A DNA stretch of 64,000 nucleotides from Amoebidium appalachense. Its lineage: Eukaryota; Protista; Ichthyosporea. The notes beneath the pieces are model-generated. The model saw only the letters and a program-made list of their open reading frames with translations. It had not been told where the DNA came from and did no database searches. The stretch spans positions 3,811,572-3,875,571 of the forward strand of contig CAVNZM010000008.1 of the NCBI GenBank assembly GCA_963693365.1, in the 5' to 3' direction. A program made the translations under genes and the position numbers. Shown piece after piece: positions 1 through 10,107 of this stretch. Numbering within the stretch: position 1 is the stretch's first letter; each line of letters begins with the position of its first letter.

Positions 1-3000
1 TTCCTGAAAAACAGGTGTAGAAAACTGGGAAGGAGAGGTGAACGAATTCGGGGTCCCACCGTGTACCGGGGCCCCTACCTTCACCATACTATCCTTAAGA
101 GAGGAGATGTCTACTTCAGCAGCCCACACATGCTGATTTGACACGTTGATTGAATCTACTTCAACATTTACTCCATCAAAAGGGTGTGTTTGGGTGAATT
201 TATCATACTCGATGTATGCATTTCTACTGAGTGCATCACAATCTTTCATACTTTCACCTTTTGCATAAAAAGCCTTGTAATCAAACGAAGCTAACTCTGC
301 AGCCCACCGTTGCATGCGTTCGTTGGTTAGCTTAGTAAGACCTTTCATGGCTAAAGTAGGTTTGTGATCAGAATACACCTCAAACGTCCTACCTACCAAA
401 ATATGTCTCCACTCTTTGGTAATGAAATGATAGATAGCATGACTTTCCCGTTCTGGATTACTGTAACGTCGTTCCGTGGGGGAAAATACTCGACTGCCAT
501 ATGCAACTACTCTATCTACTTTATCCTGTTCTTGATACAGTATGCCACCCTCACTGACTAAACTGGCATCTACCCGAACTCGGAAAATACCTTGTGTGGG
601 GGAGAAATCGGGGTGAACGAGAACATTATCACTTACCAATACTTCTTTTAACCGTTCAAAAGCTTCTAAAGCTTCAGAGTCCCACAACACGGGGGCTTTT
701 CTGTCACCACCTGTCTGCTTAGTAAGAGGGTGAGCAATTTCGGCATACCTCCGTATAAAACGACGGAGGTAATTGGTTAGTCCTAGAAACTGCCTGAGCT
801 GAGTGACCGTTTTAGGGTGAGGCCATTCTGTAATAGCCTTGATTTTACTAGGATCAGGAATAACACCATCCTTCGTGATCCTATGACCCAGGAATTTAAC
901 ATCTTGCACCCCCACTATGGTCTTTTTACCACTCACTTTCATACCAGCAGCTTCCAACACAGAGAACACTTTTTCACAATTAGAAACTAATTCTTCAAAC
1001 GTTCTCCCTTTGACACATGCGTCATCCATATAACACGCCGTATACGATAAACACGGACGCAAGATATCGCGCATAATACGACACAAATTTGCAGGTGCAT
1101 GCACAAGACCTTGGGGCATCACAGTAAACTGCCACAACTCACCATCGAATGCAAAAGCAGTCTTCTCCTTATCCTCTTCCCTAAGCCGACACTGAAAAAA
1201 TGCATTTTTCAAATCGAGGACACAGAACCACTTATAGCCATGAAAACTATCAAGTAATTCATCAATACGGGGAAGGGGAAAGAGATCCTTTTTAGTGACA
1301 GAGTTAAGGCCGCGTAGGTCTGTGCACATCCTGTAGGACCCGTCTGGTTTTTTAATTAAAAGTACCGGTGACCGCCACTGACTTTTACTAGGCTCTAAAA
1401 TCTGCATTTCTCGAAATTCACTAATCATTTGCCTACCTGACTCTAATTTCGATTGCTCCATTCGATACTGAGGCATCACCACAGGACTGGCATCACCTGT
1501 ATCAATTGCCACTGTATATCCCTTCACAAAACCGTGATCTTTTGGATGCCTAAGAAATACATTTTTGACTCGATTTAACATGGGAAGAATTAAGGCACGT
1601 TGCTGATCCGTCCAACCTGGATCTACCATACCCCAGGGGAGACTCACTTCACCGGAATCACCCTCCTTGTTACAGTTACTACTTGCACCTTCACCTGCAC
1701 ACACTCCGTCTGCTTTACCAATATCATCACTAGAAGGGCCCTTTTCTGTGGATGAGGGATTGACACCTACTGCATCGGACTGATGACCAGACACCGTGGT
1801 AACCGCAGACACTGAAACACCATCAACCGTAGGCGAGCGACTTCCTGTTGGTGTTGATGTCTCGGGCTGGCCACATGCTTCCGGATTACTAAGTTTATCT
1901 GAAGGTAGCTCGGGGGTGGGGATAACTATTTCTGCAACAACTGTATCGAAAGGCAGCTGCCCTTCGATATATCCCAATCGCGTGCCAGCAGGTATTACTA
2001 ATTCTGAATCAAAATTTCGATTTTCTACTTCGATCATGATTGTTTTATCAGCCGCCACTTTACTATATGAAGGACTCACAAATGGAAGTAACCTAGCTGC
2101 CGGAACAAAGACACCTATATCTGCCACGACAGCAAATTTGTCTAAGTTCACCCGGACGAATGCACGACTGTGGGGAGGTACACAAATTTCGCTGACAGTG
2201 TGTGCAGTACTTTGATACCCCTCCGTACCCGTGTGCAAACGTACACTACCACCCTTCTTCAAATGCAACTTATTAGATTCTTCATCTAACAATTTAACAT
2301 GTGCCTTTGAAAATGGACGGCCTAAAATCATACTCTGACCCATGTTTGCACAAACAGCAAACGTGACAAATAATGTGTGGGAACCAATGGTACATGGGAG
2401 AGTGACCCGGCCCACCACATTCAACGATGCATCAGGATTGGCAGTCTTCACACCACTCACTAAGTTATTTGAAAACATTGTAACACGTGCGCCCATCTTC
2501 ATTAAATTACAAATAACTTTTTCATGCACACAATTAATGTTTGCACCACCATCTAAAAGAGCATCATGATTTTGAACATCACCCAATACCACAGGAACAT
2601 ATAACCGTGCTTCTGGCTGAATTAAAGATGCAAACACTTCCTGTAACACAGAAATTTCCACTTCACTACTTTCCACACTAGTCTCTATCACCGACACAGA
2701 AATATTGGAAGGGGGGAGGGGGTGGGGGGGGTGGGAGGGGGTGGGGGAAGGGGAAAAGGGGGGGACGGGAGGAAGGGGGGTGGGGGGTGTGGGGAAAGGG
2801 GGGGGAAAGGGGGGAACGGGGGAAAGACTTAGCTTCATGCTGATTCTCAACGAGAGAGGGGGTAAATTGCACCACAGCAGTTTTAACTGACTGATTTACG
2901 GCACCAGGCCGTGAGTGATTTATTGTCTTATTTACTTCAACAGTATCTGTATAACAAGACACGTTGATTTTAGACATTTCACTATCACTGCACATAGCCT

Positions 3001-3037
3001 CAACTGCAATATACTCTACCCCACTCTCAGCGCCCCG
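1..3037 (-). CDS. pol: Pol (copy 1, partial); apparent net +4 nt frameshift in the G/C-run linker
   Basis: Matches copy-2 pol. The frame breaks only in the homopolymer-rich tract at about 2710-2820, which may be a sequencing error. Confidence 0.75.
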
Positions 3038-4435
3038 TCAACGCCGACGCTCGGCCAAAATTTTAGCCGACGCCTGCTGAGCATGGTCTTTCCACCTAAT
3101 ACCTTCGGGGGCTGAGGGAAAAGTCTTAGGCAATTTTCGGTTGGGACAGTCCCGTTTCTGATGCCCTATCCCCGTACAATGAAAACAAACTCGATCTGAA
3201 ATAGGCACTACTGGTCTCTCACTACCCTGTTGGCTACCGTGCTTGCCGTTTTTCTGATAGGGAGCCGGGCGACGGGGTTGACGGTCATTTTTGGCCTTAC
3301 CACCGACAGCCTGGAAGGCAGCCACCTGAGCCGATAAGCTAGCTATCTGAGCCTGCAGGGCAGCAATCTCCGGAGCACCAATACCACTACCGTTGTTACC
3401 TGGGGTGGAAACACTATTGACCTGCGCTTTCTTGGCCGCCTGCCGACTAGCGAAACGACCCTCGAGCTTGTTAATAATTTTTGACTGAGCCTCATCGAGC
3501 CTGCTATTTGCCTGAGCTATTTCCCACAACTGCGCATCTGCCTCAAACGTATTCCTGTATAAACTACGTTGCATTTGACCGCTGACGTCGGTGTTCAAAC
3601 CAGCTAACTCCAGCAGACGGCGAAACGTGTTGGTATGTGCCGTCACTTGGCCACCAATACTGGCAGCCGTGGCATCCGACGTGGGAGTGAAACGGAGGGC
3701 CCGGATCTGTGTCTCATATGATTCACGCCGAATGTTGGTCAGCCAGTAGTTCTCGATGAAACGCAGCAGCCACTCAGACGCCGTCAGTTCGACTTCGACC
3801 TGCAGAATCTCACCCTTGCCCTTGTGCATAGGGCGAGTCGTCTTCAGTGGTGTCCGAGAAGCCAGGTGAAAGAGAGAGGCCTCCGAACGCTCCTCTCCGT
3901 CAATGCTGAGGGCACGAACCGGCACCGTCTTCTTGTCGTTTTCAGGGTCCATGTAGTCGTCAAGGAGGGTAGCCATCTCCAACACACGAGGATCACCACT
4001 TGCCCGGTTCACACTCTGCAGAATCATGACTTGCCACTGGGCCAGGGAAGTGTCGGGGGACAGCTTGGCGATGCGATCGATGAGACGGTACCATTCAAAC
4101 ACGTTATCAGCCTTGGAGAGTTGAGGAAGCTTGAGCTTCTCCATCATAGCTGCAGCAGCAGCACACACTTCAGGAACCTGAGAAGCCCTGGCCGCAGGAG
4201 CGTCGTAGAACACTTCATCCATCACAATAGGGTCTTGCCACTCCATCACACAGGGGGGCAGAGCGTCGAGAAACTCTGGGTCTATCTCATCCTGCGGATC
4301 CATAACTTGGCCGCGCCACTGGGTGAACTTGCTGACGGTGGCATCCTTGAGCTTGCCGAGGGGGCCAAAAACAAGAGCCTGGGCGAAGGTTGCACTCAGC
4401 CCGGCGACCGGCGAAAAGGGGGGTTCAGGCTCCAT
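3038..4435 (-). CDS. gag: Gag (copy 1), same protein as copy 2
   Basis: The ORF track translation is identical to the copy-2 Gag. Confidence 0.9.
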   Translation of the reverse strand: MEPEPPFSPVAGLSATFAQALVFGPLGKLKDATVSKFTQWRGQVMDPQDEIDPEFLDALPPCVMEWQDPIVMDEVFYDAPAARASQVPEVCAAAAAMMEKLKLPQLSKADNVFEWYRLIDRIAKLSPDTSLAQWQVMILQSVNRASGDPRVLEMATLLDDYMDPENDKKTVPVRALSIDGEERSEASLFHLASRTPLKTTRPMHKGKGEILQVEVELTASEWLLRFIENYWLTNIRRESYETQIRALRFTPTSDATAASIGGQVTAHTNTFRRLLELAGLNTDVSGQMQRSLYRNTFEADAQLWEIAQANSRLDEAQSKIINKLEGRFASRQAAKKAQVNSVSTPGNNGSGIGAPEIAALQAQIASLSAQVAAFQAVGGKAKNDRQPRRPAPYQKNGKHGSQQGSERPVVPISDRVCFHCTGIGHQKRDCPNRKLPKTFPSAPEGIRWKDHAQQASAKILAERRR

Positions 4436-4499
4436 GTTGGGGGCGAAAGCAACAGCCGAGACGGAAGTTTTGCAATATAGCAATTGGATTGGTGTAGCT

Positions 4500-5276
4500 T
4501 GTAAAGTATCCTCACGGACACTTCAGTGTAAAATGTATGTGTATGAGTGTAAACGGGGTTCACTCTGAACTGGATTTCAGAGGATCGATGCGTGCGTTTA
4601 TATACGGATGGTCGACCCGGACAAGATTACTTGACCAATTACACAACTCCCTAGCCGACCAATCATATTACAGATTAGTACAGGGCTAGTAATTACTGTG
4701 TGTGACTACTTGGTCTCTTGCCGGTTCTAACACTCATATATAATCTTTACTGCTGCATGACTTATGACTTACACAGCCCCGAAATATACTCCAAATAAAC
4801 AGGTACCAGTACTTTTCCTGTTTGTGACTTTGGTTACCAGTTACCTTTCGGAGTGCTGTCTCTCTCACATGTGTAACTGCAGGTTTACAACGACCACTCA
4901 TTGCAGCTGGACTTTACCGGGATGCCCTCAACATGACTGGTCGAATATGAGACTCCCCAATCACTCACAACCTGCTTGTTAGTTATTCGTTCTCTATGGC
5001 CGCAGCATTTACGTGTTCCAATCAACACAGAAGAGGCCATAAGTGTCCACTCACGCGAGTCTCACTGTAGTTCGTTTCCAAGTAACCGAACATATGTAAT
5101 TGTATTTGATCATCCGATTGGAAAAGCAGATATAACATTTATGATTGGCTCATTCATCAGCAAACGCCGACATCTGACTGGATGAGCCGGCACCGACGAA
5201 TTGTAAATAAAGCAAATAGATCTGAATAGATCTGAATCGATCGATTGACACGAATGCTCGCCGCGGAGACATAACA
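4500..5276 (-). repeat. Shared internal LTR (3' LTR of copy 2 and 5' LTR of copy 1)
   Basis: A single LTR copy lies between the pol stop/PPT of copy 2 and the gag of copy 1. Confidence 0.8.
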
Positions 5277-5287
5277 ATCCCCCCCTC
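5277..5287 (-). other. Polypurine tract (plus-strand primer)
   Basis: Minus strand reads GAGGGGGGG-AT immediately before the LTR TGTTA, about 40 nt after the pol stop codon. Confidence 0.85.
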
Positions 5288-5325
5288 AGCAGGAAATCTG
5301 AGCTCCGACGAAGAAGAGACAAAGT

Positions 5326-8300
5326 TTAACACATCGATTCAAGTTTCTTTTCCCGCCGTGGGAACAGAACATCGCGCAACTGCCGTCGTCGTAAAAGACG
5401 AGCCGTGCGTGCATCTGTAGCATTTGGTGTCGAGTTAACACTCACCGACTGAGTGACGTCGACCTGTTTGTCTACCCGTGGTGTTTTTGGATTTCTAGGA
5501 ACAACAACCTTAGGATGAGAAGGTTGTCTAACTACCCGACGTTCGTATGCTTGGATTAACTCTGGGCACCATAATAAAGACTCTGGACGCCACTGATTGA
5601 AAGCCGTGTCGTAGCCTGCAAATTTGACTCGATAATAAGTGGTTGCATGGCCGTTGACTGTAACTACTTTCTTATCCAAAATTTTCTCTACCGTGGTGTC
5701 CATGCCACCTAACTCTGGAATACCGTTATGCTGGGTGTTAGGACACTGAGAAAACGTCGAAAGAGCACGGAAGGCAAATTCGTGGTAAGCCTTAATGTCG
5801 TCGACGTTATACTGGCGAATATCGTGCTCATTCACCGTATGCCGGAGTTTGTATTCAGTACTACCTATCCGGGCTAACACTATATATGGACCCAAGAACC
5901 GTGGTCTCCATTTCTTCACGGGGCCACCCTTAGCACGGGTGAAATTCCTAACCAACACCTTACTGCCCACTTTAAAAGTACGGAGAGGAATGTTAGTGTT
6001 AGTGCTGTTAGTAAGAGATTCATGTGCTTGCTCTGTACGTTGCCGTGCCACTTCACGGGCATGCAAAACTCGAGCCAACACCTCCTCCCTATACTTAGTC
6101 CACTCTTCCATACGGAGAGGACCAGAGAAGGCAGGAAGCATACTCACATCTAAGAACTCGGTACACTCCTGACCATGCACAAGAAAATACGGAGAAAAAC
6201 CAGTGATAGCATTAGGTGTGGTACGATAAGCATGCACCACAAAAGGAAGTACACTATCCCAGTCAGCGTGCTCCATATCCACATATTTTGCTAAACACGA
6301 TTGAAACACTGCATGTGCACGTTCAGCAACGCCATTTGCTTGAGGGTGGTAAGCAGACGTATGCAACAATGACACACCCAACAGTTTACACACCTCACTC
6401 ATTATTTCAGACAAAAATGAGCTACCCCTATCACTTAACACAGAACGGGGGGGGCCAAAACGAAGACAAACATGATGCAAAAACACACGTGCCAACGTCA
6501 CTGCATCACTTGAACGAATAGGGACAGTTTCAGTCCAACGTGTAGCTAAATCAGTGAGAGTAACAATATAATGATTACCCTGCACTGTTTCGGGGAAAGG
6601 CCCCATCACATCCATAGCTACCCGTTCAAAAGCCTTAATAAAAGTACCATGATACTGGGGGACCCGACTTCGCATGTGTGTGGATTGATTGTGAAATGCA
6701 CATGCATGACATCCCAACACCTTTCTCTCCACATCCTTACTCATGCCAGGCCAATAATAATTCACTTGCACACGTTGATATGTACGGGACACACCTAAAT
6801 GACCCGCCCACGGAGCATCATGCATGTGTTCAAGCACCATATCAACCAAACGAGGGGGAACCCACAAACGTTGACCTTGTGGCCCACTTAAATGATAAAG
6901 AACACCATCTTGCAACACACATTGGAGAGCACACCTTTTTGTACGATTTTCCCATGTCCGACGTTGGCCTTTGGTGGGTTTATCCACCGAAAAAACCATA
7001 TCCCCTGGACGTTGCTCCACTTGACATATCACGTCGTGCAAAAACCTGTCACTGCGTTGTGACGACACCACCTGTTCCTGAAAAACAGGTGTAGAAAACT
7101 GGGAAGGAGAGGTGAACGAATTCGGGGTCCCACCGTGTACCGGGGCCCCTACCTTCACCATACTATCCTTAAGAGAGGAGATGTCTACTTCAGCAGCCCA
7201 CACATGCTGATTTGACACGTTGATTGAATCTACTTCAACATTTACTCCATCAAAAGGGTGTGTTTGGGTGAATTTATCATACTCGATGTATGCATTTCTA
7301 CTGAGTGCATCACAATCTTTCATACTTTCACCTTTTGCATAAAAAGCCTTGTAATCAAACGAAGCTAACTCTGCAGCCCACCGTTGCATGCGTTCGTTGG
7401 TTAGCTTAGTAAGACCTTTCATGGCTAAAGTAGGTTTGTGATCAGAATACACCTCAAACGTCCTACCTACCAAAATATGTCTCCACTCTTTGGTAATGAA
7501 ATGATAGATAGCATGACTTTCCCGTTCTGGATTACTGTAACGTCGTTCCGTGGGGGAAAATACTCGACTGCCATATGCAACTACTCTATCTACTTTATCC
7601 TGTTCTTGATACAGTATGCCACCCTCACTGACTAAACTGGCATCTACCCGAACTCGGAAAATACCTTGTGTGGGGGAGAAATCGGGGTGAACGAGAACAT
7701 TATCACTTACCAATACTTCTTTTAACCGTTCAAAAGCTTCTAAAGCTTCAGAGTCCCACAACACGGGGGCTTTTCTGTCACCACCTGTCTGCTTAGTAAG
7801 AGGGTGAGCAATTTCGGCATACCTCCGTATAAAACGACGGAGGTAATTGGTTAGTCCTAGAAACTGCCTGAGCTGAGTGACCGTTTTAGGGTGAGGCCAT
7901 TCTGTAATAGCCTTGATTTTACTAGGATCAGGAATAACACCATCCTTCGTGATCCTATGACCCAGGAATTTAACATCTTGCACCCCCACTATGGTCTTTT
8001 TACCACTCACTTTCATACCAGCAGCTTCCAACACAGAGAACACTTTTTCACAATTAGAAACTAATTCTTCAAACGTTCTCCCTTTGACACATGCGTCATC
8101 CATATAACACGCCGTATACGATAAACACGGACGCAAGATATCGCGCATAATACGACACAAATTTGCAGGTGCATGCACAAGACCTTGGGGCATCACAGTA
8201 AACTGCCACAACTCACCATCGAATGCAAAAGCAGTCTTCTCCTTATCCTCTTCCCTAAGCCGACACTGAAAAAATGCATTTTTCAAATCGAGGACACAGA

Positions 8301-10107
8301 ACCACTTATAGCCATGAAAACTATCAAGTAATTCATCAATACGGGGAAGGGGAAAGAGATCCTTTTTAGTGACAGAGTTAAGGCCGCGTAGGTCTGTGCA
8401 CATCCTGTAGGACCCGTCTGGTTTTTTAATTAAAAGTACCGGTGACCGCCACTGACTTTTACTAGGCTCTAAAATCTGCATTTCTCGAAATTCACTAATC
8501 ATTTGCCTACCTGACTCTAATTTCGATTGCTCCATTCGATACTGAGGCATCACCACAGGACTGGCATCACCTGTATCAATTGCCACTGTATATCCCTTCA
8601 CAAAACCGTGATCTTTTGGATGCCTAAGAAATACATTTTTGACTCGATTTAACATGGGAAGAATTAAGGCACGTTGCTGATCCGTCCAACCTGGATCTAC
8701 CATACCCCAGGGGAGACTCACTTCACCGGAATCACCCTCCTTGTTACAGTTACTACTTGCACCTTCACCTGCACACACTCCGTCTGCTTTACCAATATCA
8801 TCACTAGAAGGGCCCTTTTCTGTGGATGAGGGATTGACACCTACTGCATCGGACTGATGACCAGACACCGTGGTAACCGCAGACACTGAAACACCATCAA
8901 CCGTAGGCGAGCGACTTCCTGTTGGTGTTGATGTCTCGGGCTGGCCACATGCTTCCGGATTACTAAGTTTATCTGAAGGTAGCTCGGGGGTGGGGATAAC
9001 TATTTCTGCAACAACTGTATCGAAAGGCAGCTGCCCTTCGATATATCCCAATCGCGTGCCAGCAGGTATTACTAATTCTGAATCAAAATTTCGATTTTCT
9101 ACTTCGATCATGATTGTTTTATCAGCCGCCACTTTACTATATGAAGGACTCACAAATGGAAGTAACCTAGCTGCCGGAACAAAGACACCTATATCTGCCA
9201 CGACAGCAAATTTGTCTAAGTTCACCCGGACGAATGCACGACTGTGGGGAGGTACACAAATTTCGCTGACAGTGTGTGCAGTACTTTGATACCCCTCCGT
9301 ACCCGTGTGCAAACGTACACTACCACCCTTCTTCAAATGCAACTTATTAGATTCTTCATCTAACAATTTAACATGTGCCTTTGAAAATGGACGGCCTAAA
9401 ATCATACTCTGACCCATGTTTGCACAAACAGCAAACGTGACAAATAATGTGTGGGAACCAATGGTACATGGGAGAGTGACCCGGCCCACCACATTCAACG
9501 ATGCATCAGGATTGGCAGTCTTCACACCACTCACTAAGTTATTTGAAAACATTGTAACACGTGCGCCCATCTTCATTAAATTACAAATAACTTTTTCATG
9601 CACACAATTAATGTTTGCACCACCATCTAAAAGAGCATCATGAATTTGAACATCACCCAATACCACAGGAACATATAACCGTGCTTCTGGCTGAATTAAA
9701 GATGCAAACACTTCCTGTAACACAGAAATTTCCACTTCACTACTTTCCACACTAGTCTCTATCACCGACACAGAAATATTGGAAGGGGGGAGGGGGTGGG
9801 GGGTGGGAGGGGGTGGGGGAAGGGGAAAAGGGGGGGGACGGGAGGAAGGGGGGTGGGGGTGTGGGGAAAGGGGGGAAAGGGGGGAACGGGGGAAAGACTT
9901 AGCTTCATGCTGATTCTCAACGAGAGAGGGGGTAAATTGCACCACAGCAGTTTTAACTGACTGATTTACGGCACCAGGCCGTGAGTGATTTATTGTCTTA
10001 TTTACTTCAACAGTATCTGTATAACAAGACACGTTGATTTTAGACATTTCACTATCACTGCACATAGCCTCAACTGCAATATACTCTACCCCACTCTCAG
10101 CGCCCCG
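5326..10107 (-). CDS. pol: Pol polyprotein (aspartic protease, RT, RNase H, integrase, GPY/F, chromodomain), in frame with gag
   Basis: ALLDGGAN (protease), WRSPVLLIKKPDGSYRMCTDLR and YMDD (RT), VDAS...SDHKP...DALSR (RNase H), HMHDAPWAGH...CHAC, AMD, SDRG and NGVAER (integrase), FLGPY, and VEKILDKK...YYRVKFAGY...QWRPE (chromodomain). The frame is open from the gag stop. Confidence 0.95.
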   Translation of the reverse strand, partial: RGAESGVEYIAVEAMCSDSEMSKINVSCYTDTVEVNKTINHSRPGAVNQSVKTAVVQFTPSLVENQHEAKSFPRSPLSPLSPHPHPPSSRPPPFPLPPPPPTPHPLPPSNISVSVIETSVESSEVEISVLQEVFASLIQPEARLYVPVVLGDVQIHDALLDGGANINCVHEKVICNLMKMGARVTMFSNNLVSGVKTANPDASLNVVGRVTLPCTIGSHTLFVTFAVCANMGQSMILGRPFSKAHVKLLDEESNKLHLKKGGSVRLHTGTEGYQSTAHTVSEICVPPHSRAFVRVNLDKFAVVADIGVFVPAARLLPFVSPSYSKVAADKTIMIEVENRNFDSELVIPAGTRLGYIEGQLPFDTVVAEIVIPTPELPSDKLSNPEACGQPETSTPTGSRSPTVDGVSVSAVTTVSGHQSDAVGVNPSSTEKGPSSDDIGKADGVCAGEGASSNCNKEGDSGEVSLPWGMVDPGWTDQQRALILPMLNRVKNVFLRHPKDHGFVKGYTVAIDTGDASPVVMPQYRMEQSKLESGRQMISEFREMQILEPSKSQWRSPVLLIKKPDGSYRMCTDLRGLNSVTKKDLFPLPRIDELLDSFHGYKWFCVLDLKNAFFQCRLREEDKEKTAFAFDGELWQFTVMPQGLVHAPANLCRIMRDILRPCLSYTACYMDDACVKGRTFEELVSNCEKVFSVLEAAGMKVSGKKTIVGVQDVKFLGHRITKDGVIPDPSKIKAITEWPHPKTVTQLRQFLGLTNYLRRFIRRYAEIAHPLTKQTGGDRKAPVLWDSEALEAFERLKEVLVSDNVLVHPDFSPTQGIFRVRVDASLVSEGGILYQEQDKVDRVVAYGSRVFSPTERRYSNPERESHAIYHFITKEWRHILVGRTFEVYSDHKPTLAMKGLTKLTNERMQRWAAELASFDYKAFYAKGESMKDCDALSRNAYIEYDKFTQTHPFDGVNVEVDSINVSNQHVWAAEVDISSLKDSMVKVGAPVHGGTPNSFTSPSQFSTPVFQEQVVSSQRSDRFLHDVICQVEQRPGDMVFSVDKPTKGQRRTWENRTKRCALQCVLQDGVLYHLSGPQGQRLWVPPRLVDMVLEHMHDAPWAGHLGVSRTYQRVQVNYYWPGMSKDVERKVLGCHACAFHNQSTHMRSRVPQYHGTFIKAFERVAMDVMGPFPETVQGNHYIVTLTDLATRWTETVPIRSSDAVTLARVFLHHVCLRFGPPRSVLSDRGSSFLSEIMSEVCKLLGVSLLHTSAYHPQANGVAERAHAVFQSCLAKYVDMEHADWDSVLPFVVHAYRTTPNAITGFSPYFLVHGQECTEFLDVSMLPAFSGPLRMEEWTKYREEVLARVLHAREVARQRTEQAHESLTNSTNTNIPLRTFKVGSKVLVRNFTRAKGGPVKKWRPRFLGPYIVLARIGSTEYKLRHTVNEHDIRQYNVDDIKAYHEFAFRALSTFSQCPNTQHNGIPELGGMDTTVEKILDKKVVTVNGHATTYYRVKFAGYDTAFNQWRPESLLWCPELIQAYERRVVRQPSHPKVVVPRNPKTPRVDKQVDVTQSVSVNSTPNATDARTARLLRRRQLRDVLFPRREKKLESMC

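Larger units (their letters stand above)
1..5276 (-). mobile_element. Second tandem copy of the same Gypsy element (copy 1), truncated by the window edge between RNase H and integrase
   Basis: 1-5276 matches 7075-12346 (offset 7074, then 7070 after the G-rich tract). The only differences I saw were one substitution near 2570 and G-run length changes at about 2710-2820. Confidence 0.95.

Noticed and set aside
3824-4480. 218-aa plus-strand ORF antisense to gag (also 10894-11550)
   Set aside because: No recognisable motif; shadow ORFs are expected opposite GC-rich coding sequence.
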